A stretch of DNA of 64,000 nt from assembly GCA_024679065.1 (NCBI GenBank), contig JAGIQG010000005.1, positions 93,310,001-93,374,000 of the forward strand, written 5' to 3'. The stretch comes from Sphyrna mokarran (Eukaryota). Below are positions 58,876 to 64,000 of this stretch, piece by piece; positions within the stretch are counted from its first letter, which is position 1; each line of letters starts with the position of its first letter. Both the position numbers and the translations under genes were made by a program. The notes below the pieces were generated by a model. The model did no database searches and was not told where the DNA came from. It worked only from the letters and a program-made list of their open reading frames with translations.

Positions 58876-59540
58876 GGGCAGAGTTTTGTGTCCAGAACCC
58901 AAGGTGGATTCTGAGTTGGAAAAACATAAAATTGAATGGACAGGATTCCCCCAAGAGCCAAACCCAGACGCAATTTCATGCTTGACAAGGCAGGGCCTAC
59001 GCCAGGGATGAGTGTGGGAAAATTCTCATTAAGACACTTAAGAGGCCACTTAATGCACACTTAAGGGCCTTATCCAGCCCAGCCTCAATTTTTATGTGTA
59101 TGGGTAGAATGGGAAAATGGCATTTGCACTTCTCTCCATCCCGGGTGGGAAGGGCCCCTCAGAGTTGGAGCAACCTTTTCCTGTGACATTGGACATCTTG
59201 GATCCCCTCCAAGCTTGGACTAACCTCCAATTCCTCCTTCACAACCTCTCTTGGCGTTCCCTACCATCCTGCACTCCCCCCCCCCCCCCCCTACCCCCAA
59301 CCCCCGGGGTCCCTTGGGACTTATCTTTTTAAAGGTCCTGGGTCTTAGTCCCAGGGACAACACTGCAGAACTGTGCTGGCTGGGCTGGCTGACAGCTGTC
59401 ATAGACTTCTTTCCAAGGTTGGATGGCAGTCCTACCCACTGACAGTCAATGCTTATATAAGCATTAAATAGCACTTGGAGTGGGAGAATCAGCACTTGTG
59501 CTTTAGGCACCAACAGCTTGCCATCTTCAAAATTCTACCC
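58876..59540. mobile_element. Harbinger-type MITE
   Basis: TIRs GGGCAGAGTTTTG / CAAAATTCTACCC and an internal poly-C tract. Confidence 0.7.
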
Positions 59541-59975
59541 ACGAAATTTTAGCCAATTTGAGCTCCTTAAGTTTGAGTCCATATTTAACCATTTCACATG
59601 AAGTATTACTGGACAAGATGAGTAAACTACTGAAGAAAAAAAAAACTCAAGCCTTACAGAATTATTCAAGAAATCTGAACACAACTTGACATTTTCCAGC
59701 ATGAATCTTTCCTGGGGAATATCCTGTTATGATAAAGCTGCACAAATGATCAGTCTAAGCCAGATGAGAATCATTCCACATGTGGCTGCAGCAAAATGGC
59801 TACCTCTGCACTGTCATTGTTTATTTAACTGCGATAATGACAATACTTTACCACTCGAGACAATCAAGGAGATTCTGGCAGCATGTATACCAACTCTTTT
59901 TACTAATTGGACTAGAATTTGCGGAAATTCTGATGGTGAACTACTGCCAATGTTTTTCAGCGTTACCATTTTGTC

Positions 59976-60285
59976 AGCACAATAACACAGCATTACTGCC
60001 TCACAGCGCTAGGAACCCTAGGGTTTGATTGAGTCTGTGTGGAGTTTGCACATTCTTCTCATGTCTGCATGGGTTTCCTCGGGTTTTCCGGTTTTCTTCC
60101 ACATTCCAAAGATGTGCAGGTAGGTGGATTGGCCATACTAGACTGCCCAAAATGTGTAGGTTAGATGGATTAGCCATGGTAAATGTGTGGAGCTACGGGG
60201 ATAGGCTGGAGAAAGGGCTTGGCAAAAGTACTCTGTCAGAGAGAGTTGGTTCAGACTTGATGGGCTGAGTGGCCTCCTTTTGTAC
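59976..60285 (+). mobile_element. HE1-type V-SINE
   Basis: Decayed head, V-domain and ATGGGCTGAGTGGCCTCCT tail. Confidence 0.88.
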
Positions 60286-60290
60286 ATAAT

Positions 60291-60310
60291 CACACACACA
60301 CACACACACA
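60291..60310. repeat. (CA)10 microsatellite
   Basis: Read directly from the sequence. Confidence 0.95.
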
Positions 60311-61710
60311 GGGCTGATTTTAATGGTGATCCAAATAATAGACTACTGCTGAATAGCCAATCTGGCCCTGAAAAAGTAATTTTATATTTGTGTGATGTTA
60401 TTAAATGTCTCCATTATGTTTAATTATTACATTTTCTAAATTAGATCCTTATAATTAGTCATTTTTTTAAAAATTGCTCATATTTCAACTTCTACCTTAA
60501 CCATATGTTTCTGTCACGATCTCTATTTTAGCGCTCTGTAAAATATTTTAAAAAGTAATGTAATTGCTGGTGCTTTTTATTTCCAGCTTGGTTGTCTGTA
60601 GAATTCTTTAATGCTGCTTGGATTGCTTAATGATATCATTGCAACTCAGTGCCAAGAATGCCCATTAAACATCACTACAATGGATTGTACATCAAAAGAG
60701 GTAAAGTTCTTGTTAACGAAATTGCTGTTGAGTGAAGCTTTCTTCGAGGTCAGTGGTGAGTGCCTTGGCTTTGCTCTGGATTGCAAAATCTGGATCAATA
60801 TAATGATATTGTCAAAAGTCTTTTGAGGGAGTGTTACGAGCGCACTGCTGTGCCCCCTATTTAACCAAAGGCATTATTCACATGTTTTTGTTTCCTACCT
60901 GCTGTTAATTAAATGAAGATTCTGGCAATAATTTCTAAGGATTTCTCATTTTAACGGACTATCTGAATGGAGGAGAAACTGCCCAAAGAAGGTTGGAGCA
61001 GATGAAATAACTGTGACGTTGGACATCTCAAAAGTTATGTGGATCTTTCCAGCAATTAAACACTCTATAAAGTTCGGTGTGACTGCAGCACCACATAACG
61101 CATTAATCACCATTTTATATTCCAACCTCCTTGGTTCAGAAATGCAGCAAGACATTTCGGGAAATAGTCTCAACAGCTGTTGATGGTATCTCATAGTATA
61201 TTTGTGAAAGTGACCTTGTAGCGCAGAACATGACTTGTTCAGAATCCTTTCTAGGATCGTTATTATTCTGCTTTAGAAAGAAAATGTATGGTCACGACAC
61301 GGCTATTTCTCAGCTGGAAGTATTAGCCACAAAAGGTGACCTTTAAAACCTAGAAATCGCTTGCAGATTTTAGATTGAGAAGCAAATAAACCTTTCACAA
61401 AATAATTGCCTAAAATTGATTTTGTGGCTTTGTGTGTGTGTTTTTTTTGCACTGCCAGGTTGTAATGGCTTCTCACTGACTATCGAGCTTGTCATTGCTT
61501 CAATACACAATAAAAACATTACAGTATTGATTAGTTACAAACCAAAAGAGGAATAAGTGTTTCCAGATAATTACAAGTTGATTTATGATGGACCATCTAA
61601 TGAAAATAAATGTTGCACAGAGGTTTACTTTCTGGTCTTTAAAACTTAGTTTGCAAAGTTTGGACGAAGAGCAAACCTGGGATATGAAGATTGACTTCAA
61701 CTTGCAAGTT

Positions 61711-62064
61711 GGCACAGTGGCAGAGTAGTTAGTGCTACTGCCTCACAGCTCCATGGACCTTAGTGCAATTCCAGCCTTAGGTGACTATCAGTGTGGAGTA
61801 TGCATGTTCTCCCCATGTCTGTATGGGTTTCCTCTGGGTACTCTGGGTTCCTCCCATACTCCAAAGATGTGCTGGTTAGGTAGATTGAACATGCTAAATT
61901 CCCCCTTGGTATCCCAAGATGTGTAGGTTAGATGGGATAAACCATGGGAAATGTCTGGGGTTGCAGAGATAAGGTGGGGAAGAAGGCCTGGATAAGACAC
62001 TGTCAGAGAGTTGGTGCAGATTCATTGGGCTGAATGGCTTCTTCTGCTCTGTAGGGTTACTATG
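61711..62064 (+). mobile_element. HE1-type V-SINE
   Basis: GGCACAGTGGCAGAGTAGTTAGTGC head, V-domain and TTGGGCTGAATGGCTTCTTCTGC tail. Confidence 0.9.
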
Positions 62065-62849
62065 ATAAGGTACAGACAGTTAATGAAGTGGTGGGCCAAA
62101 AATTTACATTGCTGGGGCAGACTTATGCCTGACCTGAAAGTGTGTGAATTTGTATGAGAAGACATTGGGTGTGTATCCAGACATCATGGAATACTCAATG
62201 CAATCTTTTGGTTGGTGGGTTTGCTTGACAGTTGGAAGAACGGCCACTGCAGACAATCAAACAGTCAATTTAATCCATTAAGCATCCAGTTCAAACCAAT
62301 TTGACATTGTCCATCTGCTTTTATAGTTGCTGGATGGACCAATCAGTCAACCAATCTTTACATTTCAGCTGCAACCTCAATCCAGGGTGAGATAAAATGT
62401 CAGGACTGAAATAAAAATTAATAAGAGTGTCTGCGATGGGGTTTGTGTTTAAATTTGCTGCCTCAATATTCCTTGAATAGTTTTTTTTTAATCACAATTT
62501 ATTTTGAAACAGCTTCCTGACACAGTTCCGCAGTGGCTGCCCTCTGCCCCCCCATTCCCCCAAAAGGAGCACAGTTGAAGAGTCAGCCCACATTTTCTAA
62601 CCAGCCGCCCTCCCCAGCATTACTGAATCTTTCGCAATGCACGTTTTGCCGGCCAGTGTGAAATTATGTTCCGGGGCCAACACAGGCGGATCTGCATTTT
62701 ACACCTGCCTCTGGGCACATTGAGCTTGCGCACCCGATTGGACAAAAAAATCCAGGCTGTAGTGTCTGTAGCTGGAGATTAACAGGGTGATTCAACATGT
62801 GACTTGATACTATTAGTAAGCAAATTCATTTCATACATTTAGCATAATG

Positions 62850-63760
62850 ACTATAATTTTACATTCCCTCTGGTTCTAAAGCCAAAAAGTGCACGGATGG
62901 AATTCCTTCCAGATTCCTGCCCGCCCTGACACTGGGATGGGCAAGCTGGAAATCTGCCCTTGCCCCAGTTAAGGCTTTTAAGAGACCTTTAGTGGCTGCT
63001 GAAGGGCCATTTCCCACCCAGTCTCTTTTTTTTGGCTGGTGAGCTGATGACAACTTGGGTGGGAAATGTGTAAGTAAAGATATTTGGATCTCTGTTGGAA
63101 CAGGGTGAGTGCCTTCATCAGAAGCCCCCTCTCTTTAAGGCCCAGTGAAATCTGGACCTCTCTCCCCCAATCCCTGTGTGCCTGATTGTCCCTTCCTTCT
63201 CTCATGAACCCCCCTCCCCAAAACATTCCCTACTTTCCTGACTTTAGGATCCCTGTTACTTATGTTATCCTTCAGTTCCCAAAAGGAAGAGGGGTGTCAT
63301 ATCTTTGTGAGGTGTTCATTGTGCATGAGGGAGTAAGGGGGAGGCAACTCTCTAAAGATAGTATATACCCTTCCTTCCTCTCTGCCTCTCCCATCCATCA
63401 GCCCACCTCCTCCTTAACTTGAGCAAATCCTTCCCCCCCAATACCTTGCATTTACCTCAATCCAGGATCCTTCTTCTTGGGACTGGACGCAGTTCCGGCA
63501 GTATCGACATTTGAGCTCTTAGTACTGCTGAGACTGCTGGGGCTGCTGGCCAGTCAGAATGGCTTGCAGCTCACCAGAATGGGACTTCCCTTTCCAGTGA
63601 GGCACAGAAGTTCCACTATTAACCAGTTTATCCCACCCACAGCGCACTATGGCAGTGAAGGGATATTGTGGGGTGAGGGGTAATTTTAACAGAGCAAGTT
63701 GATTTATAGCCAACGTTCCTTTTAGTGGGAGGGGTGCAACAGCAAACAGTTTTCTATTCC
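62850..63760. mobile_element. MITE-like repeat related to 58876-59540 and ~4440-4850
   Basis: Shares TTAAG-GC..TTAA, GGATCC..CTTGG, GTACTGCTGAG..GAGCTGCTGGCC..TGA blocks and a C-rich interior. Confidence 0.45.
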
Positions 63761-63814
63761 ATCCCCTCCACCCCCCCCACTCCATAAAATGCAGCTGAAT
63801 GATGAGCAAGAAGC

Positions 63815-64000
63815 CAGAACTGGATGAGCACAAAATAGGAGTATTGTGAACAGTATCAGAGATCAACTGGGGCAAGGTCATGAAGGGACTTGAAAGAACA
63901 AATGAGAATCTTAAGACTGAAATATTCCTCAATCGAGATTTAGTGTAGGTCAGCAAGCAGAGAGTCTATCGGCGACTGGGATGAGACGCCGGTAACAGAA
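63815..64000 (-). mobile_element. L2 fragment
   Basis: GGGGCAAGGTCATGAAGGGACTTGAAAGAACAAATGAGAATCTTAAG is the reverse complement of the LKILI..FKSLHDLAP block. Confidence 0.7.

Overview
This is repeat-dense, non-coding vertebrate genomic DNA, almost certainly from a shark (elasmobranch): it carries many HE1-type V-SINEs and HER1/CR1 LINEs. I found no host protein-coding exon. Every ORF with recognisable protein similarity is a decayed transposable-element fragment: CR1, L2, Rex1/Babar and Tx1 LINEs, Penelope-like elements (PLEs: RT and GIY-YIG), a Ty3/Gypsy gag-protease remnant, and two PIF/Harbinger Myb/SANT gene remnants. There are also many Harbinger-type MITEs. The most notable observations are: (i) fold-back PLEs carrying minimal hammerhead ribozyme motifs, with intact cores at 11426-11459 and 2725-2759; (ii) a CpG-rich CR1 whose apparent 3' UTR contains the V-SINE central domain; (iii) a V-SINE subfamily with a Rex1-like rather than CR1-like tail; (iv) an 18-bp PLE micro-insertion with a 15-bp target duplication; (v) two different MITE-like inserts at the same position of a PLE hammerhead; (vi) a Harbinger Myb gene remnant that keeps its GT-AG intron. 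Family names come from remembered consensus motifs, not database searches. Most element boundaries are approximate (tens of bp) unless a TSD is quoted.
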